A stretch of 64,000 nt of DNA from Podarcis melisellensis (lineage: Eukaryota). Where the stretch lies: the NCBI GenBank assembly GCA_964234715.1, contig OZ174282.1, one strand, 5' to 3'. The position numbers and the translations under genes are program-made. The notes below the pieces were generated by a model, which was not told where the DNA came from, made no database searches, and worked only from the letters and a program-made list of their open reading frames with translations. Of this stretch, positions 23,734 to 35,560 are shown one piece after another; within the stretch, counting starts at the first letter, position 1, and each line of letters begins with the position of its first letter.

Positions 23734-24030
23734 ATGCATTTCACACAGAACTGGGGGATGGGGAGGATCTCATGTTAATTGGGCCTAATTGACAATCCAG
23801 CCTGACCACTGTTTTGATGATGAACTGCAATTTATAAGTAGAAACAAAACAGCATTTCTAGAAACCTGTTTCTATCTACTTGTTAACGCTGTTTGACAGT
23901 GGCATGGACTCCTTTGGAAGGTGACCTTATATTTGCCTCCTGGATTTCACACACACAGCCCTTTCTGAGGCTCCTAGCACTAATTCCAGTTGGTTGAGTT
24001 GTGCTAGGCACCCCTATGTTCCTGGGGCCC

Positions 24031-24445
24031 TAAGAACAGAAGAAGAGCCTGCTGGATTAGGCCAATGGCCCATCTAGCCCACCAGGGCCATAGCTCAGCA
24101 GTAGAGCATCTGCTTTGCATGCCGAAGGTCCCAGGGGTTCAATCCCCAGCCACATCTCCAGGCGGGCCTGGGAGAGACCCCCCTGCCTGGAACCCCGAGG
24201 AGCCGCTGCTGGCAGTCAGGGTAGGCAATACTCTGCCAAGATGGACTGACTCAGAGTAAACTAGCTCCCCCTGCTCTTATCCTGATCTTGCAGTGACCAG
24301 ACAGATGCCTCTATTGGGAAACCCACAAGACGACTCCAAGGCCAAGAGCCCTCTCCCCTCCTCTGGCTTCCAGCAACTGGTATTCAGAAGCTCTGCTGCC
24401 TCCATGAATAGCCATTGTGGCTGGGAGCCGTCTCTTCAATGAACG
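24031..24445 (-). mobile_element. CR1 3' UTR fragment, interrupted by a tRNA SINE
   Basis: taagaacagaagaagagcctgctggattaggccaatggcccatctag | insert | cagcaactggtattcagaagc. Confidence 0.75.
24085..24275 (+). mobile_element. tRNA(Ala-like)-derived SINE (Squam2/Anolis SINE2-type)
   Basis: gggccatagctcagcagtagagcatctgctttgcatg...ggttcaatcccc (A and B boxes). Related copies at 30630, 49720, 50690, 56535 and 63670. Confidence 0.75.
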
Positions 24446-24468
24446 TAAGCCCAACTGAAGTGCTGGTT

Positions 24469-24504
24469 ATTGCCTCTCAAGCTTACATTGCCTCTCAAGC
24501 TTAC
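24469..24504. repeat. Perfect 18-bp tandem duplication
   Basis: attgcctctcaagcttac x2. Confidence 0.95.
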
Positions 24505-26014
24505 AGCATACATTGAGAGGTAGGAGTGGGGAATCTCTGGTGCCCTTCAGATGCTGTGGGACTCCAGCTAACACAGTCAAGGGTCAGGGATGAATGGAGT
24601 TGGAGTACAGTAGCAACTGGAGGGCATTGAGTTCCCCAGATTTGTCTTAGGGAAAGAGACAGCCTCTGTGTTCCTCCCAGGGCTCACAGATTTGGGGGGA
24701 TGAGAACCTGTGTTGTGTTTTTGAAGTAGGATAGTCCACTGATGCATTGAGCGGGGCCTTATTGGTTGCAGCACCAAGAATATGGAACAATCACTCAAAG
24801 GATCAGACACAGTCACTGCCTGCATTCCTCTGGAGCAGCCTTCCTCAGCCTGATGCCAGCCCAACATTCTTGATGCCAACTCCCATCCGCCTCAGCCATC
24901 ATGGCTGTGCTCCCATCAATCCCATACTTACTGGGAAGGAGGGACTTGTACCCTTGTGATTGGACCCTCATTCCAACTTAAGACCTGGAGGAACCTACAG
25001 CTCCAGGACCTCTCTGACCTCACCATGAGCCCTGCCTTGATTCCCATTCTTCCCCAGGCCTCAGGAGCAAAGGTGCATTCGACCTAACGGGAGCCAAGAG
25101 TTGCTGGGCAGAGGTCTACCCAGGAGGAAGGGAGAAGACCCAGTGATGGTCTACCTTGAGAGGAGAGGGAATGCCTAGCTGAAAGCAACAGCTCAGCAGA
25201 GGAGGAGATGGCAAAGACTCCAGCAACAGTCTCCTTTGCGCTTTTGCTGGGTGTGTTAACAGCTCCCTTTTCCTAGCTGTGGAAATCCTCCTGGCTCAAA
25301 TTCAATTCCAGCCTCCCAGCAAAGTGCTGGTCATCAGGTTGGGATACATCAGGGGTAGCCAACAAGGCACCCTCCAGATTTTGCTGGATTCTATCACCCC
25401 TGATCATTGGCCAGGCTGACTGCAGCTTCCCACACGTTAGTTAGAATCTGCTTTGAAAACTCCATAAAAGAGATTTGACAACCTGTTTTGTTGGCGCTTG
25501 TTCTGGTGGCTGAGATGTTTCCCGCCCGCCCGCCCGCCAAAGCACACACATGCAGAGTGTTTCCTAATCCTGCCTTCCTGAAATATAAGCCTCTTTGCTT
25601 GATTATCTGTGGCAGCAGAGAACAATTGAGTTGCAACTATATTGCAGCAGACTTTTGACTATTTGAAGATTGTTATCAAGTTCCTCCCTTAATCTTCTTT
25701 CCTCTTGGCTTCCTTTAACAGCCAGGCTTTCTCAGAAGCAGGCCCGTTTTGTCTCTCCAGGAGCACAAACTGTCCCAAGGGAAGGAAAGAGGCCCTTTCA
25801 CACACCTCCTGCCTCACTCAAGTAAGCTGAACCCTTGGAGCAAACATTCCCAATTCTTACTGGCCAGCAATCACTCTCATCCAAGCACTTGTGTGGTGTC
25901 TCCTGCCCTTGCCCCATGGTGAACCAGAGCAATAAGCCACCGAGAGCCCCTCTTGGGGTCTCCAGGCATGGGGATGGGGACGGAGGGGATGGAAGCAGGC
26001 AGCAAGGCTTGGCA

Positions 26015-26244
26015 AAGAAGAAGAGGAGTTTGGATTTGATATCCCGCTTTATCACTACCCGGAGGAGTCTCAAAGCGGCTAACATTCTCCTTTCCCTTCT
26101 CTATAAGGTGAGTGGGGCTGAGAGACTTCAGAGAAGTGTGACTGGCCTGAGGTCACCCAGCAGCTGCATGTGGAGGAGCGGGGACGTGAATCCGGTTCAC
26201 CAGATTACGAGTCTACCGCTCTTAACCACTACACCACACTGGCT
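26015..26244 (-). mobile_element. Squam3B-type SINE with a ~20-bp internal deletion
   Basis: Lacks the cccccacaacaaacac segment present in the other copies. Confidence 0.9.
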
Positions 26245-26632
26245 TCCTTGTGCCCTTTGTTCTGAGATGGCATTGCCAGGGGAGAAAACATCTTGCAGGG
26301 ATCAGCTTGAGCACCTGGGAAGTCAATAGAAATGCAGCCCGGTTTTGAAGAGGATGATGATACTGGACTTTCGAAACTCCTGAGAGGGCACCACTCAGAA
26401 ATTTGGAATGTTAGGCAGTATCTAGGTATTGGAAATAAAATAAATAATACCTTCTTCAGTACAGGAAAAACAAACAAACCGAGGCCCACCCCAATGAACC
26501 TTCTGAATGAGATAAATAATTCCTGGTGATCACATGGGAACTATTAAAGTTTAGAGCCAAATGAGAAAATATGCTAGGGGGGTTGAGACTGGGTCTTCTG
26601 CATTTCATTCTTAGTTCAAAGCACCCTCATTA

Positions 26633-26874
26633 CAGTGGTACCTTGGGTTACAGACGCTTCAGGTTACATATGCTTCAGGTTACAGACTCCGCTAACCCAG
26701 AAATAGTACCTCGTGTTAAGAACTTTGCTTCAGGATGAGAACAGAAATTGTGCTCCAGCGGCGCGGCAGCAGCGGGAGGCCCCATTAGCTAAAGGGGTGC
26801 TTCACGTTAAGAACAGTTTCAGGTTAAGAACGGACCTCTGGAACGAATTAAGTATGTAACCAGAGGTACCACTG
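26633..26874. mobile_element. Tc1/mariner-pogo (Tigger-like) MITE
   Basis: TIR CAGTGGTACCT / AGGTACCACTG with TA TSD. Other copies at 32162 and 41301. Confidence 0.9.
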
Positions 26875-26942
26875 TAGATTGGAGGGTGGCACCGGGTTGG
26901 TTGGCTGGTGTGTGCAGGTGTGTTCAACCCCATTGGGCCATA

Positions 26943-27184
26943 CACTGGTACCTTGGTTCTCAAACGGCTTAGTTGTTAAACAAATCGGCTCCTGAATGCC
27001 GCAAACCCGGAAGTAAGTGTTCCAGTTTGCGAACGTTTTTCGGAAGCCGAACATCCAACGCAGCTTCAGCTTGAGTGCAGGAAGCTCCTGCAGCCAATCG
27101 GAAGCCGCGCCTTGGTTTTTGAATGGTTTTGGGAGTCGAACAGACTACCGGAACGGATTAAGTTCAAGAACCAAGGTACCACTG
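26943..27184. mobile_element. Second Tigger-like MITE family
   Basis: TA-CACTGGTACCTTGGTTCT...AGAACCAAGGTACCACTG-TA, with a different interior. Confidence 0.88.
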
Positions 27185-27619
27185 TACTTCTTCCCCAGTC
27201 TAAACCCCTCTGCCCCCTTGTTGCTATTTCAATGGGACTAGAGCACATCACTGGGCAATGGCTGCTCCTGGCAAGGGATGCGTTGCAGGCGTTGTACTAG
27301 ACGACCCTTCAAACTCTACAGTTTTTGCATGCACAACAAGGCTGTTCTCCAACTGCAACCCCTAACCCCCCCTCAAAAAAAAAGCTTTTTACAATATTTG
27401 ATGGTGGAGTGGAATTGGGTGTGTTTAATCTTCCCTCCATGCTGTGCCCCCCCCAAGCTCCCTTAAAGCTAGGAAATGTATTTCAATACACAAGCAAACT
27501 GTCAGGATTACAGACAAACCCCGAATGTGCCTGCTAAGATGGAGAGGCACCAGCTTCTCAATAAGATGCCTAGGCATTTTTCAGGAGCAGAAGGCAAGTG
27601 TACTTTCTTCCCTCCATCT

Positions 27620-28140
27620 TTGTTGTTGTTTAGTCATTTAGTTGTGTCCGACTCTTCATGACCCCATGGACCAGAGCACGCCAGGCACTCCTGTCTTCCA
27701 CTGCCTCCCACAGTTTGGTCAAACTCATCCTGGTAGCTTCGAGAACACTATCCAACCATCTCATCCTCTGTCATCCCCTTCTCCTTGTGCCCTCCATTTT
27801 CCCCAACATCAGGGTCTTTTCCAGGGAGTGTTCTCATGAGGTGGCGTATTGGAGTCTCAGCTTCAGGATCTGTCCTTCCAGTGAGCACTCAGGGCTGATT
27901 TCCTTCAGAATGGATAGGTTTGATCTTCTTGCAGTCCATGGGACTCTCAAGAGTCTCCTCCAGCACCATAATTCAAAAGCATCAATTCTTCGGCGATCAG
28001 CCTTCTTTATGGTCCAGCTCTCACTTCCATACATCACCACTGGGAAAACCATAGCTTTTACTATATGGACCTTTGTTGGCAAGGTGATGTCTCTGCTTTT
28101 TAAGATGCTGTCTAGGTTTGTCATTGCTTTTCTCCCAAGA
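27620..28140 (-). mobile_element. Bov-B LINE, 5'-truncated (~520 bp)
   Basis: ORF 27834-28175: LGRKAMTNLDSILKSRDITLPTKVHIVKAMVFPVVMYGSESWTIKKADRRRIDAFELWCWRRLLRVPWTARRSN, the Bov-B RT C-terminal region. (CAA)n tail. 11-bp TSD tccctccatct (27609-27619 / 28141-28151). Confidence 0.96.
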
Positions 28141-28836
28141 TCCCTCCATCTACCAGTAGCCAGATTGGTTGACATCTAGCCCACACTTGTGGGGTTGCCA
28201 AGTTTTGTTTTTTGAAAATACCAGGATGAGGGAGGCTAGGCAGGGCTTACGGATGGGGCCCAAACATAATCTAATAAATAAGGAGTGAAGGTGGGACAGA
28301 ATCTAAAGAACTGTTGCTTGCTCAGGCCTCAGTACTGGGAGAATAAAGTCAAGACTAATGAGCTCAGTAAAATACAAATGGCTTGCAATGCTGTCTGCTT
28401 TGGGCTAGAGGCCAGGTCGCTCATCCCTCTGTTAGATCATGTCTTAACCGGTTGCAAAGACAGTCGGTCGTATGTGACCCTGGCTATCTTAAGGGAGTCT
28501 GGTTGGGTGGTGAGTGATGCACAGTTGGCCAAACAGCCAGGCCCAAAGGAATGATGACTGAGCCAGTTTAAGCCTGGGGAGAAACTACCCAACCCCCTGA
28601 GTTTCAGCTTCTCCCTAGCAATGGGAAGAAAGCAACACGATTTCAGAAGCTCTAGGAAGCCCCTGCCATGGTGGCTACTGGGAGCCTAGGAAATGTTATT
28701 CTTAGCTGAGCAAGGTCTGAAATGTTGCATGATTTCTTCTTTGAATGTTGAGTTTGGGTTTATATAATGACCAAGACTGAACCTCTGAAATGGGGCAGCT
28801 TAGATATCCTTGGAAAAAATGAAGGTTCTCTCCTAC

Positions 28837-28839
<3 letters not shown>

Positions 28840-28900
<61 letters not shown>
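28840..28900. repeat. Compound (CT)n(GT)n microsatellite
   Basis: Direct reading. Confidence 0.95.
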
Positions 28901-28905
<5 letters not shown>

Positions 28906-29573
28906 TTTGCACCCCACAGGGAGTGGGGAGGACCGGGGCTCATTAGATTTCTGAAAATATATTTAGTATGAAGTATTTACCATGAAATTCCCTTTGCTCT
29001 TAGGCAGCTAAAGAAAGGTATCGTGCTAAGAGGAGGAGGAGACACCAGGGAAATTTCCGAAGCAAAGCAAAGCTGAGCTCCCTCTCCCTCTCTTTTACAC
29101 ACACATATATAGCTGCAGAAGACAGCAGCTAAAGGCAGGAGGGCAAAGGCAATCGGTGCCAGAAAGCCAATTATTGAAGGATGAAGTTTTTTAAGGAATT
29201 CCCAGCGCATTTCAAACATGTGGGCACTCTTCTTCGGGGTGGGGGGAGATGAGAAACTGGCCCCAGCAGCCAGTTAAGCTGCATAACAAGAGCATAAGCA
29301 GAACCTGCTGGAAAAGGCCAATGGCCCATCTAGTCCAGGATCCTGTTCTCACAGTGGCCAACCAGGTGCCTATGGGAAGCCTGCAAGCAGGCTCCTGCGG
29401 TTTCCAGCAACTGGTATTCAGAAGCATTAACCACCTCAGACTATGGAGGTGTAGCCATTAATAGCTTTATTCTTTCCCTTTAATTTCTCCAGTCCTCTTT
29501 TAAAACCATCCAAGTTGGTGGTCATCGCTGCCTCCTGTGGGAGGGAGTTCCATAATTTAACTATGCCCTAGAT

Positions 29574-29711
29574 CAGTGGTTCTCAACCTGTGGGCCCCCA
29601 GATGTTGTTGGACTACAACTCCCATCATCCCTGAGCTCTGGCCTTGCTAGCTAGGGGTGATGGGAGTTGTAGTTCAACAACATCTGGGGACCCACAGGTT
29701 GAGAAAGGCTG
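29574..29711. mobile_element. Palindromic hAT MITE (CAGTGGTTCTCAACCT type)
   Basis: Inverted arms. TSD ccctagat / ccctacat. Second copy at 47915-48052. Confidence 0.88.
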
Positions 29712-29719
29712 CCCTACAT

Positions 29720-29855
29720 CAAGCTTCCTCAACCTCGGCCCGCCAGATGTTTTGAGACTACAATTCCCATCATCCCTGACCACTAGTCCTGGTAGCTAGG
29801 GGTCATGGGAGTTGTAGGCCAAAAGCATCTAGAGGGCCAAGGCTGAGGAAGCCTG
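29720..29855. mobile_element. Palindromic hAT MITE (CAGGCTTCCTCAACCT type)
   Basis: Inverted arms. TSD ccctacat / ccctaaat. Confidence 0.88.
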
Positions 29856-30410
29856 CCCTAAATGAAGGACTTTCTTTGACTTGTCCTGAATCTTCCAACA
29901 GTCAGTTCATTGAATGTTCAACAGGTTCCAGTGTTAAGAGGGAGAAGAAATTTCCCATCCCCTTTCTCTGTGCCACGTGTAGTTTTATGAACTTCTATCA
30001 CATGACCACTTGCTCACTTTTTCTCTGAACTAAAATGTCCCCAAACACTGCAGCCTTTCCTCACAGGGGGATTCAAAATGGATCCCATCCATTACTAAGA
30101 TTCAGTGAAAGCACACCCTCTGCACCAATTTCCCAGAACACCAATTTATACTGCCTCTGCTGCCAAAAGAGGGTGGCCGTGACACTCTTTATGGGCCTCA
30201 GAAGCCCTCTTTCAACCACCCACCATGGCATCCCAAGGGAGAGGCACAGACTCACTTATGCAAGACTCACTGGAAATGCCATGGACACCTTCTGTAGTCA
30301 CACACCAGCACTGAACTCTGCTCCTCCTCCACTTGTCTAGCAAAGTCATCTTGTGTTGGGAGCCCACCCAACAGGAATGTCTTCTTTCGCCCAACATGGC
30401 TCAATCCACC

Positions 30411-30550
30411 CAGATGGCTCAGTTGGTTAGATCATGCTGCTGGTAACGCCAAGGTTTCAGGTTCGATCCCCGCATGGGACAGCTGCGTGTTCCTGCATTG
30501 CAGGGGGTTGGACGAGGTGATCCTCAGGGTCCCTTCCAACTCTACAAATC
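30411..30550 (+). mobile_element. tRNA-Ile-derived SINE with a CR1 3' tail
   Basis: gctcagttggttaga...taacgccaaggt..aggttcgatcccc resembles tRNA-Ile(AAT). Tail ttcctgcattgcagggggttggac...gggtcccttccaactctac. Confidence 0.75.
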
Positions 30551-30629
30551 TGGGATTTGCTCCCCATCTCTGCAATGCATTGCTCATCAACCATGCTGGT
30601 GCTTATTTTCTTCCCAGACCCCGGAAAAG

Positions 30630-30820
30630 GCCGCAGCTCAGGAGCAGGGCATGCTCTGAGTGCAGAAGGCCTAAGGTTCATTCCTCAGCATCTCAAGGAA
30701 AGAATGAAACCTGGAGAGCCTCTGCCAGTCAGCATAGAGTCCAGGAATAGTCAATGTTGTGCCATTCAGATATTGTTGAAAGATGGACCAAAGGTCTAGG
30801 TTGGTACAAGGCATCTTCCT
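30630..30820 (+). mobile_element. Degenerate Squam2-type SINE
   Basis: Similar to 24085-24275. Confidence 0.55.
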
Positions 30821-31760
30821 GCACCTTCCTTTGCTGGAGGGAGAAGTTCTAGAAAGAGCTTCAGCTAACTCTCTTTCTGGAACAAATGCCATTGTTGCCA
30901 AGAAAGGAAGCCTCTTATTCTGCAGGTAATTTCATATTTATCCCTCTGGGTTTTTATCCTTTCGTTCCAGCGATGCATCAGTTAGATTCCAGTATTCCGC
31001 CATTTAATGTATGCAAATTATGTTAAATATTTCATCCATTTAAAAGCTTCGGTTATTATTGAATCATACCTTAAGCAGTTGGAAAAGTTAATTCCTTTCT
31101 TTGCACTTATCTGGTAATGGGAAATCACCACCTTAAATTAATATTTTACATTTCGCACAAGGCAAGGGGGTGCTTATTAGGCCCTCATGCCCCCCTCCAA
31201 CCACACCGCTTTTTTTCAGAGCTGTCTTTTAAGTGGGCTGCTAATCTGCACTTTTCTTTTCAAACCTGGGCTCCAGAAAGCCCCTGCCTCAATGCTAACG
31301 TGTTGGCAATTAACTTCTATATTAACAGACCACCAAGGTGCGCTTTTTAAGTTTTAAATTTCACAGGGTGGTTTTTATCTGTATTTAGACTTGCTGTGCC
31401 CCCTGCCTTGAGGTCTTGGGATGAAGGGTGAGAGACAAGCCTGAAAAACAGAGACAAACGAATGAAGTTTAAGTGGCTAAGCAAAAGTGAGAGGCTGGCA
31501 GCTGCTTGTTTTGCATAGCTCTTTGAATGCACAGGCGCCTTTTCGCTCACTTTCAATATCCAGTTTAAGAACATAAGAAGAGCCTGCTGGATCAGGCCAA
31601 TGGCCCAACTAGTCTAGCATCCTGTTCTCACAGTGGCCGACCAGATGCCCCAATAGGAAACCCAGAAGCAGGACCCACAAGCACAAGAGCATTCTCCCCT
31701 CCTGTGGCTTCCAGAACCTGATATGCAGGCAAATTACTGTCTCTGACCCTGGAGGTAAAG

Positions 31761-32008
31761 TCAGTGTGGTGTAGTGGTTAAGAGTGGTAGTCTCCTAATC
31801 TGGAGAACCGGGTTCGTGTCTCAGCTCCTCTACATGCAGCTGCTGGGTGACCTTGGGCTAGTCACACTTCTCTGAAGTCTCTCAGCCCCACTCACCTCAC
31901 AGAGTCTTTGTTGTGGGGGAGGAAGGGAAAGGAGAATGTTAGCCGCTTTGAGACTCCTGAAGGGGAGTGAAAGGCGGGATATGATATCCAAACTCTTCTT
32001 CTTCTTCT
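31761..32008 (+). mobile_element. Squam3B-type SINE
   Basis: As for the other copies. Confidence 0.9.
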
Positions 32009-32039
32009 AATAGTATTAGTGGTAGTAGTAGTAATTGTA

Positions 32040-32042
32040 TTA

Positions 32043-32081
<39 letters not shown>

Positions 32082-32780
32082 TGTATTATTTATACCTCGC
32101 CCATCTAGCAGGGTTTCCCCAGCCACACTGGGCAGCTTACAGCATATATAAAAACATAATACAGTGGTACCTCAGGTTAAGTACTTAATTCATTCTGGAG
32201 GTCCGTTCTTAACCTGAAACTGTTCTTAACCTGAAGCACCACTTAAGCTAATGGGGCCTCCCGCTGCCGCCATGCCACTGCTGCACAATTTCTGTTCTCA
32301 TCCTAAAGCAAAGTTCTTAACCCAAGGTACTATTTCTGGGTTAGCAGAGTCTGTAACCTGAAGCGTCTGTAACCTAAGGTACCACTGTAGAAGCATTAAA
32401 AACTTCCCAATACAGGGCTGCCCTTCAGATGTCTTCTAAAAGTTGTGCAGTTCTTTATCTCCTTGACATCTGAAGGGAAGGCGTTCCGCAGGGAGGGTGC
32501 CACTACCAAGAAGGCCCTCTGCCTGGTTCCCTGTTGCTTCTTGCAATGAGGGAACTAGGAGAAGACCCTCGAAGGAGGACCTCAGTGTCCAGGCTGAGCA
32601 ATGGGGGTGGAGACACTCCTTCAGGTATACCGGGCCGCGGCTCTTTAGGGCTTTAAAGGTCAGCACCAACACTTTGAATTGTGCTCAGAAACATACCGGG
32701 AGCCAGTGAAGATCTTTAGGACCAGTGTTATATGGTCCTGGCGGCCACTCTCAGTAAGCAGTCTAGCTGCTGCATTCTGG
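32040..32780 (-). mobile_element. L2 LINE 3' end with (AAT)n tail, interrupted by a Tigger MITE
   Basis: ORF 32436-32672 LVLTFKALKSRGPVYLKECLHPH..TLRSS..LLLVP is the L2 ORF2 C-terminal motif. Confidence 0.85.
32162..32387. mobile_element. Tigger-like MITE
   Basis: TA-CAGTGGTACCT...AGGTACCACTG-TA. Confidence 0.9.
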
Positions 32781-34819
32781 AGAGTCTTCTCTTCCTCCAA
32801 GAATTTGTCCTACCCTCTTCCTAAAGCCATCCAACTTGGTGGCTGTCACTGGCTGGTGTGAGCGAGTTTCGTAATTTAACTCTCGCCACATGAAGAAGTA
32901 CGTTCTTTTTACAAAAGTAAGGAGTGAATCATCTCCAAGGTGTAGCAGAGCAAAAGGAAAGAAAAAACCCAGGAGGTCAGACGTGAAACCAATTGCCAGA
33001 GGAAGCAGTTTCTATGGAGAACTAACTGCCTTCTGGATAACAGTTTATTCACTTGTGTATCCAGTCTATTTCAGTCAATGTGCTGTTGTTGCTTTCAAAT
33101 TCATTTCTGTCAGCCCAGGAATCGGGGGGGAAATCTGTCCATTTTGTGTTGATCATTTTTCCAATCTTAAATTTGGTCCTCTCCATTTCCACACTAGTTT
33201 GCAATTAAACAAACAAACAAACGCCCTGCATAGAAATCCATCTAATGTGGATTTTTGGATGTAATCTACCCTAATATACACATTTTACAAGAAATTTCGT
33301 CTAACATAATGCATACCTGTGCATTGTTTTCGCCAGTAACAATGTGTACACCTCTCCCTGAAATACATTTTTTTTTTTTGCATGGATATTTTGGTTAGAG
33401 AACAGCCTTGCGAAACTCAAAGCGGTGTAAATTTCCAAGGGTAGCTGTGTTTCGGCTCAGGTATTGGTTCAATAACTGTAAAATTAAAAGGCAAATTGGA
33501 ATGAATTTGTTCTCCAGAACAACTTTTCCCAACCTGGAGCCCTCAATACATTTTGGGCTGAAACGTCCATCAGCCCCAGCATCATAAGGCTGCACCAATT
33601 GGGTCCAAAACATCTCGACACCTCCAGGTTGGTCTGTATATTTTCACACACACAGAGACATTGGTATAAAGTACTGTAATGTTTTGGCCTTAACACTGCA
33701 GAAATGACAGGACATTTTTGCCACTGTCACATTGCATCATGGGTTTTCACATCTCCATAGTTTGCTTTGAGACTTTGTTGGGTTACCCTCAGCCCTCAAG
33801 CATAACTACAACTTCTGCTGCCTCTTTCTGGAACAAAGAAGCTGGAAACTGGACTATGACATCAATTGCTGGAGACCAGAGGGTAGTACCATAAATATAT
33901 CCCTCCTGTACCAGCAGTGTTGTTGCTTTTAATTGTGAGCTGCCTTGGGGAACCACTCTTGGCTCACAAGTGGGATATAAATATGAAAAATACATAAAAT
34001 ACTGCTTGCCAGTATAAGCATGATATTTTTAACAAAATGAAAATGTCGCTATCCAAGGAGAACACATAGTCAATAAATCTGAATCATTGTGGAATTGATT
34101 AACACCACCAAAAACTTCCGCAACTGCAATACTGGGTGCAATTCTGTTTTGGGCTTTGTTTTTCTCAGTTATCAGCCAAAGTCCTAGTCTAAATGCATGT
34201 TCTCTCCTGATTGGAACACACGTCTCATCTAGACTTCTGTTCTTGCTATGGCCAGCCTATGGGAAGCCCGCAAGCAGGGCACGAGCACAACAGTGCTCTC
34301 CTCTTCGTGTTCCCTAACAAATGGGTTTCAGACGATGGTGCCTCTAATCCAGGAGGCAGAATTACTAGTCATCGACAGCCTTCTCCTCCATGAATTTGTC
34401 TAATCTCCTTTCAAAGCTGTCCATGTTGGAAGCCATATTGAGGTGGCAATTGTAATACCTGGCTTCTGTCCCTAGGTGTCAGTATTTCCATTCTCTGTTT
34501 TGAAATTTCAAGAGTCTGAGGCTGTTGCAGCCCAGTGAGGTCCTATGAATTATGCATCTAGCCCTCTCCGGTTGAGTAAAAGGGGTGCTCCACTTTGTCC
34601 TCTATGATGTTGGCAAATGTCAGGAAGCCTCTGGGTTGGCCAGGCCTACATGTAAACAGAGACTGGATTTCTGCCTTTGCCTGAGCTGGATTGAGATACG
34701 GCCGCCCTGTGGCCTGCCCTAGGAGGCAGTTACAGTACTGGGGTTGGGCGTGGGGGTCAAGCAGATTTATCTCACCAGAACCTGTCTCTGCTTAGCTCCA
34801 GAGAAAGGATCACACTGCT

Positions 34820-34960
34820 GCAACCCCCTTTCTCCGCTTCTCGAAAATCACGCTGCAAGCGGAGGACCACGTGCTTGCCATTTCAGCGCGGCCTCCTCCT
34901 AATCCCTTGTAAACATGCCGAGCAAATGCTTCTCCCGTCAACGTGACGCTTGAAACATCC
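34820..34960. promoter_or_regulatory. CpG-dense candidate promoter/enhancer
   Basis: 11 CpG in 34831-34950, CACGTG (34868), TGTAAACA (34908), and inverted CGTCA-acg-TGACG (34936-34948). Confidence 0.4.
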
Positions 34961-35367
34961 CTACATTTGCTGGTGGGTGAAGGTTATGTCAAATGTGTTT
35001 CACAACAGCAGAATGCAGACTCCATGCCATTCAGAGACATGAGATGTCACAGCAAAAGAAGAATCCAAGGCTACATATTCTCCTGCGTTGATTTGCAAGG
35101 GAGGCAGAGCCCACGCCCAGGTAAGAGTGGAATTCAGGGAGAATCGAAGGCAAAGCATGCTGCTCCAATAATGCCCTCATGTGGGCTCAACAAGTTTCTC
35201 AAGCTCCTCACCAACCACCCCTAGGTCACGTTCCTGGCCAGCCACCCCTAGTTTAGACCCTATTATAATATATGTGAAATTAAGAACCTTTCTGCACCAA
35301 CATGCATCACTTAACGGCTTGTATGCTTTGAGTTGCATTTACCATTTCACTGCCCATGGAAAGCTCG

Positions 35368-35560
35368 TGGAATCATATAATTGTGGAGTTGGAGTGGGAC
35401 CCAGGGGTCATCTAGTCCAGCCCCCTACAATGAAGGAATCACATCCCCAACAGATGGCCATCCAACCTCTGTTTAAAAACCTCCCATGAAGGAGAGCCCA
35501 CCATTTTCTGAGGGAGTCCATTCTGCTGTTAAACAGCTCTTGCCGTCAGAAAGTTCTTCT
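35368..35560 (-). mobile_element. CR1 3' end
   Basis: gaatcat..ggagttgg..gggtcatctagtcc..gatggccatccaacctctgtttaaaaacctcc. Confidence 0.8.

Larger units (their letters stand above)
29292..30070 (-). mobile_element. CR1 3' fragment, interrupted by two tandem MITEs
   Basis: 3' UTR motifs, then aaaccatccaagttggtgg...gagttccataatttaact. Resumes at about 29864. Confidence 0.8.
31567..32910 (-). mobile_element. CR1 3' fragment (31567-31755 and 32786-32910) hosting nested insertions
   Basis: taagaacataagaagagcctgctggatcaggcc...; resumes gaatttgtcc...aaagccatccaacttggtggc. Confidence 0.75.

Noticed and set aside
23398-23792. ORFs spanning poly-X
   Set aside because: Artefacts of the N gap.
30411-30485. 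Possible tRNA genes (also 15420-15465 and 24085-24160)
   Set aside because: Degenerate stems fused to LINE-derived tails: these are SINE heads, not functional tRNAs.
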